Source of the DNA: Bacteroidales bacterium
GTDB taxonomy: Bacteria > Bacteroidota > Bacteroidia > Bacteroidales > Marinifilaceae
Direction: 5' to 3'
Assembly (NCBI GenBank): GCA_015061245.1
Contig: SUWY01000010.1
Location: 1,301-65,300, forward strand
Length of the DNA: 64,000 bases
The notes under the pieces were generated by a model. The model had not been told where the DNA came from and searched no databases. It worked only from the letters and a program-made list of their open reading frames with translations. This document shows positions 8,453 to 16,866 of the stretch, piece after piece. Position 1 is the stretch's first letter, and every line of letters starts with the position of its first letter. The translations under genes and the position numbers were made by a program.

Positions 8453-9790
8453 ATGAGCAGATTGGTTATTTTAGGCGGAGGCGAGAGCGGTGTAGGCGCT
8501 GCTAAGTTGGGTGTAAAACTCGGTTACGATGTCTTCTTGTCCGATAAAGGTAAATTGGCAGAGAAGTATGCAAATCAGCTCAATGAAATGGGAGTTGAGT
8601 ATGAGAGTGGAGTTCATACTGAGGAGAAGATTCTTAATGCCGATTTGGTTATTAAGAGTCCCGGTATCCCTGAAACTGCACCTATGATAGTAGCTCTTCG
8701 TAGTGCAGGTGTAGAAATAATTTCGGAGATTGAGTTTGCAGGAAGAAACAGCAATGCTCGTATGATATGTATCACAGGAAGTAATGGAAAAACTACTACC
8801 ACTCTCTTGACTCACCATCTGTTGACCAGTTCAGGAGTTGATGCCGGTTTGGCTGGAAATGTTGGACATAGTTTGGCCGCTCAGGTTGCTGATAATGCTC
8901 ATGAGTTGTATGTTGTTGAGTTGTCAAGTTTCCAACTTGATGGAATGTATCAATTTAAGGCAGATATTGCCATCTTGACAAACATCACTCCGGACCATTT
9001 GGACAGATATGAGTATAAGTTTGAGAACTATGTAGATTCTAAATTCAGAATTTTACAGAATATGGGCGAGGGCGACCTTTTTATATATGGTCAGGATAGC
9101 CCTGCAGTAAGCGAGAAACTTGCCTCTTTTGCGTCAATAGCTCCTCAGAGTATAGGATTTACATATTGCGAGGAGTCATGTTGTGGAGCGAAAGTTGTTG
9201 GTGATTCTGTTCAGGTTGAGCTGGATGGACGTAAGTTTGCTGTAGATAAGAGTGGAATCAGTATTAAGGGAAGACACAATCTTTATAATGCAATGGCAGC
9301 TATCTGTGCCGTAATGAGAGTAGGTTTGACAGACGAGCAGATTGTAAATGGATTGCAGAGTTTTCCGCAAGTGGAGCATCGCTTGGAGACCGTTTGTGTT
9401 CGTGATGGTGTTACATTTATCAATGATTCTAAGGCAACAAATGTTGACTCTTCGTGGTATGCCCTTGATAGCATGACACAGCCTGTAATTTGGATTGCAG
9501 GTGGAACAGATAAGGGTAATGACTACTCGGTGCTTGATGATTTGGTAAAGGCAAAGGTAAAACGATTGGTGTGTATGGGCTTGGATAATAAAAAACTTAT
9601 AGACCATTTTGGCGGAATGATACCTCTATCTGATACCAATTCGTTGGAGGAGTGTTATGCAGAGTGTGTGAAATATGCCGAGAGTGGCGATGTGGTTCTG
9701 TTGTCGCCATGTTGCGCAAGTTTCGACCTGTTTAAGAATTATGAGAATAGAGGAGAGTTATTTAAAGAGATAGTAAAAAATCATGGGTAG
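8453..9790 (+). CDS. murD: UDP-N-acetylmuramoylalanine--D-glutamate ligase MurD
   Basis: 445 aa. Contains ILGGGESGVGAA (Rossmann fold), ITGSNGKTTT and DSKATN. Confidence 0.95.
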   Translation: MSRLVILGGGESGVGAAKLGVKLGYDVFLSDKGKLAEKYANQLNEMGVEYESGVHTEEKILNADLVIKSPGIPETAPMIVALRSAGVEIISEIEFAGRNSNARMICITGSNGKTTTTLLTHHLLTSSGVDAGLAGNVGHSLAAQVADNAHELYVVELSSFQLDGMYQFKADIAILTNITPDHLDRYEYKFENYVDSKFRILQNMGEGDLFIYGQDSPAVSEKLASFASIAPQSIGFTYCEESCCGAKVVGDSVQVELDGRKFAVDKSGISIKGRHNLYNAMAAICAVMRVGLTDEQIVNGLQSFPQVEHRLETVCVRDGVTFINDSKATNVDSSWYALDSMTQPVIWIAGGTDKGNDYSVLDDLVKAKVKRLVCMGLDNKKLIDHFGGMIPLSDTNSLEECYAECVKYAESGDVVLLSPCCASFDLFKNYENRGELFKEIVKNHG

Positions 9791-11042
9791 TGCATTAGAG
9801 TGGATATGGAGAGAGATTCGTGATATGTTCACGCTCGACTATTGGATTCCAAAGGGAGATAAACTTTTGTGGATTCCTATAATCATATTGGCTTTATCAT
9901 CGCTGTTGTTTATCTATTCATCGACAGGTTATTTGGCCAGTCGTTTGAATGGGGGTGCAATGGCTTACTATTTGTGGAAACAGATTATCTTTCTTATTGC
10001 AGGATATGTAGTTATTATGGTGGTACAAAGACGCTCCTTTAAGGCTGTAATTGACTATGTGCCATGGTTCTTGCTATTTGGAATAGGTTTGATGATTCTG
10101 GCATGGATATTGGGCGATGCCAAAAATAGTGCAGGTAGATGGATTGTGTTGGGACCTATAAGTTTTCAACCGTCAGAGGTGGTTAAGTTGGCAACTATAA
10201 TGTTTATAGCAAGGGATATATCATATAACCAAACAGCAGAGGGCTATAATTTTAGCTGGAAGAGAATGATATTGCCGCTTTTTGCGATACTCTTGATTTT
10301 CAAAGATAATATCTCTACTGCTATTTTATTGTCAGGAACCTGTTTTATGATGATATGTATTGGTAGATTACCATGGAGACAGATTGCAAAGGTGGTAGCG
10401 ATTGCCATAGGTGGTATTGCAATTCTGGTAGGTTCGTTGCTGGCTATCCCAGATTCAACTATTAATGCCTTGAAAGATAACGAGGTACTAAAGCGTATCC
10501 CGACAGCACAGTCGCGAATAAAGACATTCTTCGATCCTGTACCACTCGAAGAGATGGAGTTGCAGGAGATTCGAGATTCCCAATCTATTCAGGCTCAGAT
10601 AACCGTAGCATCGGGAGGAGTTTTGGGAAAAGGACCGGGAAACAGTATTCAGGGAATAAAGTTGCCCGAGGTCTATTCCGATTTTATCTTTGCTATAATT
10701 CTTGAGGAGACCGGCTTGTGGGGTATGGCATTGATAATGATAATGTACTCGATAATGTTGATATCGGCATTTAGGGTGCTGTTTAAGTGCAAGTCGCTGT
10801 TTTTAGGACTTTTAGTTGTTGGAATTGTAATGTGTTTGCTTTTCCAGACAATAATTCATATGTTTGTATGCGTGGGATTATTCCCAGTGACAGGTCAAAC
10901 ATTACCCCTGTTAAGTAAAGGTGGAACATCGACTCTTATAGTGTGTTTGGAGTTGGGAATTTTGCTTGGGGTTAGTAATATGATTCAACAAGAGGAGCAA
11001 CAACAGTTGGCAATGAATCAGAGTGCCAATAATAATGAGTAG
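9783..11042 (+). CDS. ftsW: SEDS-family peptidoglycan glycosyltransferase FtsW
   Basis: 419-aa polytopic membrane protein. SEDS-type motifs are present (QPSEVVKL, PEVYSDFIFA, PLLSKGGTS). Overlaps murD by 8 nt (ATGGGTAG). Confidence 0.9.
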   Translation: MGSALEWIWREIRDMFTLDYWIPKGDKLLWIPIIILALSSLLFIYSSTGYLASRLNGGAMAYYLWKQIIFLIAGYVVIMVVQRRSFKAVIDYVPWFLLFGIGLMILAWILGDAKNSAGRWIVLGPISFQPSEVVKLATIMFIARDISYNQTAEGYNFSWKRMILPLFAILLIFKDNISTAILLSGTCFMMICIGRLPWRQIAKVVAIAIGGIAILVGSLLAIPDSTINALKDNEVLKRIPTAQSRIKTFFDPVPLEEMELQEIRDSQSIQAQITVASGGVLGKGPGNSIQGIKLPEVYSDFIFAIILEETGLWGMALIMIMYSIMLISAFRVLFKCKSLFLGLLVVGIVMCLLFQTIIHMFVCVGLFPVTGQTLPLLSKGGTSTLIVCLELGILLGVSNMIQQEEQQQLAMNQSANNNE

Positions 11043-12147
11043 AGTTATGGGTAAAAGAGTAATTGTTTGTGGAGGTGGTACCGGAGGCCATATCTTTCCG
11101 GCATTGAGTATTGCGAATGCATTGAAAAGATTGGAGCCGGGTATAGAGATATTGTATGTGGGAGCTTTGGGCAGAATGGAGATGGAGAAGGTGCCTGAAG
11201 CAGGATACAAAATTATAGGATTACCTGTAATGGGGTTGAAACGTAAGTTGACACTTCAAAATATTAAGGTCCTTATCAATCTGTTCAAGAGCCTTAGAAT
11301 GGCTAAGAGAATATTGAATGAGTTTAAGCCCGATGTGGTTGTGGGTGTTGGAGGATATGCCAGTGGACCTATGGGTAAAGTTGCTGCTAAAGGCGGAGTG
11401 CCTTTGTTGTTACAGGAGCAGAATTCGTATGCAGGTGTGACTAATAAATTGTTGGGAAAACGTGCATCGAAGATATGTGTTGCTTATGATGGAATGGAGC
11501 GTTTCTTCCCTGCCGATAAGATTGTAAAGACCGGAAATCCTGTCCGCAAAGATCTTTTGGAGGCATTGGAACATAAGAGCGAGGCTATTGAATATTATGG
11601 TTTGGACCCCCAAAAGAAGACTCTGTTGATTACTGGTGGTAGTTTGGGTGCCGGAACAATAAATAGTGCTATTGAGCACTCATTGTCTAAGATTGCTGAG
11701 TGGAGTGATGTTCAGGTGTTGTGGCAGTGTGGTGGTTATTACTACGAGGAATTGAAGGAGCGGGTGGCTGATAAGTTGCCTGGTAATGTTAAGTTGATGC
11801 CATTCTTGAAGAGAATGGATTATGCCTATGCCGTGGCGGATTTGGTTGTTGCTCGTGCGGGTGCAAGTACAATCTCGGAGTTATGTCTTTTAGGTAAGGC
11901 TGCAATTCTTGTGCCCTCGCCCAATGTTGCAGAAGATCATCAAACAAAAAATGCAATGGCTCTTGTTAATAAGGGGGCTGCAGTTATGGTTAAGGATTCT
12001 GATGCCGATAAAATGTTGTGCAGTAGAGTAGAAGAGATTATAGATAATGACAAAATGTTACTATCTTTACGAAGTGAAATTAAGAAACTGGCCTTTATGG
12101 ACTCGGATGAGGTTATTGCTAAAGAGGTATTGGCTTTGATTAAGTAA
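11035..12147 (+). CDS. murG: UDP-N-acetylglucosamine--N-acetylmuramyl-(pentapeptide) pyrophosphoryl-undecaprenol GlcNAc transferase MurG
   Basis: Contains GGGTGGHIFPAL. The ORF track starts at a GTG at 11023. I prefer the ATG at 11035 (MSRVMGKRVIV...) because it gives the same 8-nt ATGRGTAG stop/start overlap seen at murD/ftsW. The ATG at 11047 is also possible. Confidence 0.9.
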   Translation: MSRVMGKRVIVCGGGTGGHIFPALSIANALKRLEPGIEILYVGALGRMEMEKVPEAGYKIIGLPVMGLKRKLTLQNIKVLINLFKSLRMAKRILNEFKPDVVVGVGGYASGPMGKVAAKGGVPLLLQEQNSYAGVTNKLLGKRASKICVAYDGMERFFPADKIVKTGNPVRKDLLEALEHKSEAIEYYGLDPQKKTLLITGGSLGAGTINSAIEHSLSKIAEWSDVQVLWQCGGYYYEELKERVADKLPGNVKLMPFLKRMDYAYAVADLVVARAGASTISELCLLGKAAILVPSPNVAEDHQTKNAMALVNKGAAVMVKDSDADKMLCSRVEEIIDNDKMLLSLRSEIKKLAFMDSDEVIAKEVLALIK

Positions 12148-12150
12148 TTT

Positions 12151-13551
12151 ATGGAAAAGGTTGATTTAAAAGATATTCAGTTTGTCTATTTCTTGGGAAT
12201 TGGAGGAATAGGTATGAGTGCTTTGGCCAGATATTTTAAGGCTAAAGGGTTTGAGGTTGCCGGTTATGATAGAACAAGAACTCCATTGACCCAAAAATTG
12301 GAACAGGAGGGTATTATGGTAAACTATACTGATCAGGTTGCCGAGATTCCATTCAAGTATCGCGATAATAAAACAACTTTGTTGGTGTATACTCCGGCAA
12401 TTCCTAAGGATAATTTGCAATTGCAGTGGTTTTTGAATCATGGATTTGAACCTCACAAGCGTGCAGAGGTGCTTGGGATGTTGTCAAAGATGGGTAAGGC
12501 ATTGTGTATTGCCGGTACACATGGAAAGACAACCACAACAACTATGTTGACCTATTTGTTACAAAGTTCTCATGTAGGTTGTAGTGCCTTTCTTGGTGGA
12601 ATTTCCAAGAATTACAATACAAATTTGATTCTGAATCCGAAGTCAGATTACATTGTGGTTGAGGCAGATGAGTATGATCGCTCATTTTTGCATTTAGAGC
12701 CTGAGATGGCTGCTATAACCGCGATGGACAATGATCACATGGATATATATGGCACTCGTGAGTCTATGCTCGATGCTTTTGCTCAATTTGCATCGCAGGT
12801 TCGTTCAGGAGGAGCCCTTTTCCTAAAGCATGGATTGGAGTTGCAAGGTCAATTTGCTTCGCAGACAAAGGTTACAGGTAGTTATGGTGTTGAGTGTGGT
12901 GCCGATTATGAGGCTCAAAATTTGAGATTGGTAGATTCAAAGTTTGAGTTTGATTTCCACTCTCCGGAGTGTGATATTAAGGGATTGCGATTGGGAGTTC
13001 CGGGAAGAATGAATGTTGAGAATGTCACTATTGCAATTGCTATAGCATTACGATGTGGAGTTACCCCCGATGAGATTCGTGAAGCCCTTCCGAACTTTGA
13101 GGGAGTTGTTCGTCGATTTAATCTGCATTCAGAGAGTGCAGTTGGTAAGTATGTAGATGATTATGCACACCATCCTGAAGAGATTCGTGCTACTTTGAAC
13201 GTAGCTCGTGAGATATGGCCAAATGAGAAGTTGACAGTTATATTCCAGCCTCACCTATATACCAGAACTCGCGATTTGTATGTTGAGTTTGCAGAGACAC
13301 TTTCAATTGCCGATAAGGTAATTTTGACTGAAATATATCCAGCACGAGAGGAGCCTATACCTGGAATAACCAGTGAGATTATTTTGGAACGTTTGGCTGC
13401 AGATACAGAGAAAGTGTTGGTTCCTAAGGCTGAGTTGATGGAGTATTTGAATAAAAAATTTGATGGAGGTGTATTGTTGACTTTGGGCGCTGGTAATATT
13501 GATCAACTAATACCCGAAATTAAGGAGTGGATGAAGTGGCGTAAACCATAA
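12151..13551 (+). CDS. murC: UDP-N-acetylmuramate--L-alanine ligase MurC
   Basis: 466 aa. Contains FLGIGGIGMSALA, AGTHGKTTTT and DDYAHHP. Confidence 0.95.
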   Translation: MEKVDLKDIQFVYFLGIGGIGMSALARYFKAKGFEVAGYDRTRTPLTQKLEQEGIMVNYTDQVAEIPFKYRDNKTTLLVYTPAIPKDNLQLQWFLNHGFEPHKRAEVLGMLSKMGKALCIAGTHGKTTTTTMLTYLLQSSHVGCSAFLGGISKNYNTNLILNPKSDYIVVEADEYDRSFLHLEPEMAAITAMDNDHMDIYGTRESMLDAFAQFASQVRSGGALFLKHGLELQGQFASQTKVTGSYGVECGADYEAQNLRLVDSKFEFDFHSPECDIKGLRLGVPGRMNVENVTIAIAIALRCGVTPDEIREALPNFEGVVRRFNLHSESAVGKYVDDYAHHPEEIRATLNVAREIWPNEKLTVIFQPHLYTRTRDLYVEFAETLSIADKVILTEIYPAREEPIPGITSEIILERLAADTEKVLVPKAELMEYLNKKFDGGVLLTLGAGNIDQLIPEIKEWMKWRKP

Positions 13552-13556
13552 GTATC

Positions 13557-14288
13557 ATGAAAAGAATATTTGCATTGATTGTCATATTGCTGTTGATGGC
13601 CTATATGGGAGTGGCCCTCTTCTATGCTTCCAACAAGCATAAGGAGGTGCTGTATAGTGGTATGAGTATCAGTGTGAATCAAGTTGAGATGAATTCATTG
13701 ATAGATACCCTGACTATCTCAAGATTGATTGAGTCTCGTTTTGGCTCTTTTGAGGGACAATTGATATGTGCTATTAATACTGATACAATCGTTAACTATC
13801 TAAAGGGATTGGAGCAGGTAAAAGATGCCGGAGTCTATTTTTCCCAACAGGGTAGGATGTATATTACAATAGAGCAACATGAACCTCTCTTCAGAGTCTA
13901 TCCTAACGGAGGAGCTCCCTATGCAATTGATGAAAAGGGCGAGGTTATGCCAATTCGTGGTTCTGCAGCATTTCGCTCAATTGTAGTAACGGGAGCTGTT
14001 ACAAAGGAGATGGTCAAGAGCCAGGTTGTTGATTTGGTTGAATATATCAATGCCGACAGAGTGTGGAGGGCAATGTTTGAGCAGATTCATGTTGAGGAGT
14101 CGGGAGATTACATTTTGGTTCCCAATATTGCCAATATAAAGATAAGATTGGGAAGTTTGGATGAGATGGATTTAAAGTTTGAAAATTTACGTCTCTATTT
14201 GGAGCAAGGTGTGGATAAGAGAGGTTGGAGTGCATACAAAGAGATTAATTTGAAATTTACAAACCAGGTAGTAGGGGTTAAGCGATAG
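13557..14288 (+). CDS. ftsQ: Cell-division protein FtsQ (POTRA-containing)
   Basis: 243 aa with an N-terminal TM segment (IFALIVILLLMAYMGVALFY). Sits in the conserved slot between murC and ftsA. Confidence 0.75.
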   Translation: MKRIFALIVILLLMAYMGVALFYASNKHKEVLYSGMSISVNQVEMNSLIDTLTISRLIESRFGSFEGQLICAINTDTIVNYLKGLEQVKDAGVYFSQQGRMYITIEQHEPLFRVYPNGGAPYAIDEKGEVMPIRGSAAFRSIVVTGAVTKEMVKSQVVDLVEYINADRVWRAMFEQIHVEESGDYILVPNIANIKIRLGSLDEMDLKFENLRLYLEQGVDKRGWSAYKEINLKFTNQVVGVKR

Positions 14289-14290
14289 AT

Positions 14291-15424
14291 ATGGAGACAA
14301 GAGTTTCAATAGAGATAGGAAATCAGACCATTGTTGCGGCATTTGGTTATGTGTCGGATTCGGCAACTGTAAAGTTGAATGAGGTTGCTATGGCCCCTAC
14401 CGAAGGGTATGAGAATGGCAAGATTATTGATAAGCCGGCTTTGATGCAGGTCTTATATGATCTGGTCAATAGAGTTACAAAACAGACCTCGCTCAGAAGT
14501 GCAGCAATTCAGTTCGTAATGCCGGCTGAAGTTGTACAGAGAGTAGAACATACAGTTAATTTGAAGAGTGTAAAGCTTTTAGATAAGAAAAGCCTTCGTG
14601 AGGCTGCAGCTCAATGTAAGAAGGAGATAACTTTGCAAGAGGGATATGATATTATTGATATGATTCCAAGCAAAGTAGTGGTGAATGGAGAGGAACGTTC
14701 AACCGTAAATATAGAGTCGGCAGCCAATGTGGAGCTAACATGGAGCGTTTTTGTTGTTCCCGAGAGTGTTATGACGGAGTGGATGGAGCTTTTCGATATA
14801 TTTAAGGCTGATTCGATAAATTTCATTCCATACGAAAGAGCGTGTGGCGAGGCTTTTGCAGTGTTTGGAGGCTCAAAGGAGTTGTCGATAGTGGATTTGG
14901 GAGCTGAGAGTGAGCGTGTATTGAATTTTACAGGAGGTTTGTTAAAGGTTTCTGAGCGATTGAGGCTTGGCGCTGATACCATTGATCAGGATATTACATG
15001 GGCATATAAATTACCATTAGAAGATGCCCGAGAACTGAAACTATCACATGGAGAGGCTCTGTTGTATACATGTAAAATGGATTATGTTCCCCTTCCTGAT
15101 GGCTTGAACGAGTGTAAAACAAAAGAGTTAATGGTGGTGATTCAGAGCCGTTTAGAGGAACTTTATGAGGGAGTGATTTACATTCTACAACAAAATGGTT
15201 GTCGAGGTGGCAATGTTGTTTTAATAGGTGGTGGTAATAATCTTAAGAATAGCGATCTTCTTTTTAAGATGTTGTCCGGGATGACTGTAATTCCTACTAA
15301 GTATATGGCACAGGCAAAATCAGAGAGTGATTTGATGGTTAAGGAGTTTGCAGTAGCAGTTGGAGCCTTGGGTAGTGAGACTCAAGAAGATGAGCCGGTT
15401 AAGAGTAAATGGTTCCCATGGTAA
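14291..15424 (+). CDS. ftsA: Cell-division protein FtsA (actin-like), divergent
   Basis: 377 aa. Aligns by eye to the FtsA blocks: phosphate-1 SIEIGNQTI, phosphate-2 region IVDLGAESERV, LGADTIDQDI, adenosine motif VVLIGGGNNL, and an amphipathic C-terminus KSKWFPW. Confidence 0.8.
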   Translation: METRVSIEIGNQTIVAAFGYVSDSATVKLNEVAMAPTEGYENGKIIDKPALMQVLYDLVNRVTKQTSLRSAAIQFVMPAEVVQRVEHTVNLKSVKLLDKKSLREAAAQCKKEITLQEGYDIIDMIPSKVVVNGEERSTVNIESAANVELTWSVFVVPESVMTEWMELFDIFKADSINFIPYERACGEAFAVFGGSKELSIVDLGAESERVLNFTGGLLKVSERLRLGADTIDQDITWAYKLPLEDARELKLSHGEALLYTCKMDYVPLPDGLNECKTKELMVVIQSRLEELYEGVIYILQQNGCRGGNVVLIGGGNNLKNSDLLFKMLSGMTVIPTKYMAQAKSESDLMVKEFAVAVGALGSETQEDEPVKSKWFPW

Positions 15425-15442
15425 AATGATGAAATTTGGGTT

Positions 15443-16855
15443 ATGAGTTCATATATCGATATAGAGGATTTAAGTGGCCGAGTTAATGAAGAGGAGGCCC
15501 CTATAATTAAAGTTATGGGTGTTGGAGGTGGAGGTTCCAATGCTGTAAACCACATGGCCAGAGTCGGAATTAAGAACGTAGAGTTTATTATATGTAATAC
15601 CGATATTCAAGCTCTGCGTGAAAGCCCCATAAAGAATAGAATTCAGATTGGTAAGGATTTGACCGAGGGACTTGGTGCAGGATGTTTGCCAGAGAAGGGT
15701 AAGAATGCAATAATTGAGAGTGCCGATGATATTCGTGCTCTTCTTGAGAAGAATACAAAAGTCTTGTTCATTACAGCCGGTATGGGTGGTGGAACAGGAA
15801 CAGGTGCTGCACCTCAGATTGCTAAGATAGCTCATGAGATGGGAATCTTAACCATAGGTATTGTTTCAGTGCCATTTGAGTTTGAGGGAGAGAAGAAGTT
15901 GAAACAAGCGATGGAGGGGATTGACGAGTTGGAGAGTTATGTCGATACTATTTCAATAATTGTCAATGATCGTCTGCTTGATGAGAATTACTCGGTTCCA
16001 TTGTCAACTGCCTTTGCCATGGCTGATGATGTCTTGGCTATGGCGGCTAAAAGTATTGCCGATGTCATAATGATGCCGGGTTACATTAATGTTGATCTTC
16101 GTGATGTATGTACTGTAATGCGTGACAAGGGTGTAGCATTGATTGGAAATGGAGTTGGTGAGGGTGAAAATCGTGCAATAGATGCGGTAAAAGCTGCGCT
16201 ATACTCGCCTCTATTGAAGGATCAGGATATCAAAGGGGCTGCCTATGTTTTGATACATATTCAATATGGTCCAAACGAGGTTACCATTCAGGAGCATGAT
16301 GATATAACCGATTACGTATTGAGTAAGGTTGGTCAATTGACAAATGTTATTTGGGGAACAGCCTATGATGAAGAGCTTGGAGATAAGTTGAGAGTATCTG
16401 TTGTAGCTACCGGTTTTAATAGAAGTTCAATTAATGAGGTGCGTCAGCTTTCGGGTAGCACTAAGCAACCACGAGTAATGAGGGTAGAGAAAAAGCATAC
16501 GCAGAGCGTTGAGACTGAGTTTAATGTAGTTCCAAAGCAGAGCGATTTGACAATGAAGATCGAGGACTCGGCAGCAATTGAGGCAAAGGCTCGAGAGCAG
16601 CGTGAACGTAAGGAGCGTGAACAGGCAGAGCGTGAGAGAAGGGAACAGGAGTTGCGTAAGAGGATAGAGCATGAGCAACAACAAAATAAGATTCAGAACC
16701 AGACTCAGGATAGAGATTTTCAACTTGATGATGACGATTTTGAAGCACCTCAAAAAGAGCAGAGTTCTAAGAGTATAACGAGTGCAGAAGCCGTTGATAA
16801 ATGGTTTAAGAATAAGTTAGGCGGAGGCGAAGGAGTTGATTTTGAGTTAGATTAA
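15443..16855 (+). CDS. ftsZ: Cell-division GTPase FtsZ, copy 1 (long charged linker)
   Basis: 470 aa. Contains IIKVMGVGGGGSNAV, GMGGGTGTGAAP, GYINVDLRDV (T7 loop), VVATGF, then an E/R/K/Q-rich linker, ending DKWFKNKLGGGEGVDFELD. Confidence 0.9.
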   Translation: MSSYIDIEDLSGRVNEEEAPIIKVMGVGGGGSNAVNHMARVGIKNVEFIICNTDIQALRESPIKNRIQIGKDLTEGLGAGCLPEKGKNAIIESADDIRALLEKNTKVLFITAGMGGGTGTGAAPQIAKIAHEMGILTIGIVSVPFEFEGEKKLKQAMEGIDELESYVDTISIIVNDRLLDENYSVPLSTAFAMADDVLAMAAKSIADVIMMPGYINVDLRDVCTVMRDKGVALIGNGVGEGENRAIDAVKAALYSPLLKDQDIKGAAYVLIHIQYGPNEVTIQEHDDITDYVLSKVGQLTNVIWGTAYDEELGDKLRVSVVATGFNRSSINEVRQLSGSTKQPRVMRVEKKHTQSVETEFNVVPKQSDLTMKIEDSAAIEAKAREQRERKEREQAERERREQELRKRIEHEQQQNKIQNQTQDRDFQLDDDDFEAPQKEQSSKSITSAEAVDKWFKNKLGGGEGVDFELD

Positions 16856-16866
16856 AATGTAACGAT

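Noticed and set aside
15425-15442. GAAATTTG upstream of ftsZ copy 1 as an internal -7 promoter box
   Set aside because: It matches only 7/8 of the consensus, with the first T missing, and ends 4 nt before the ATG. No -33 element is evident. It cannot be told apart from chance.
16565-16760. E/R/K/Q-rich stretch in FtsZ copy 1 as a frameshift or gene-fusion artefact
   Set aside because: The reading frame is continuous from the core to the stop codon. Long disordered charged linkers are normal for FtsZ.
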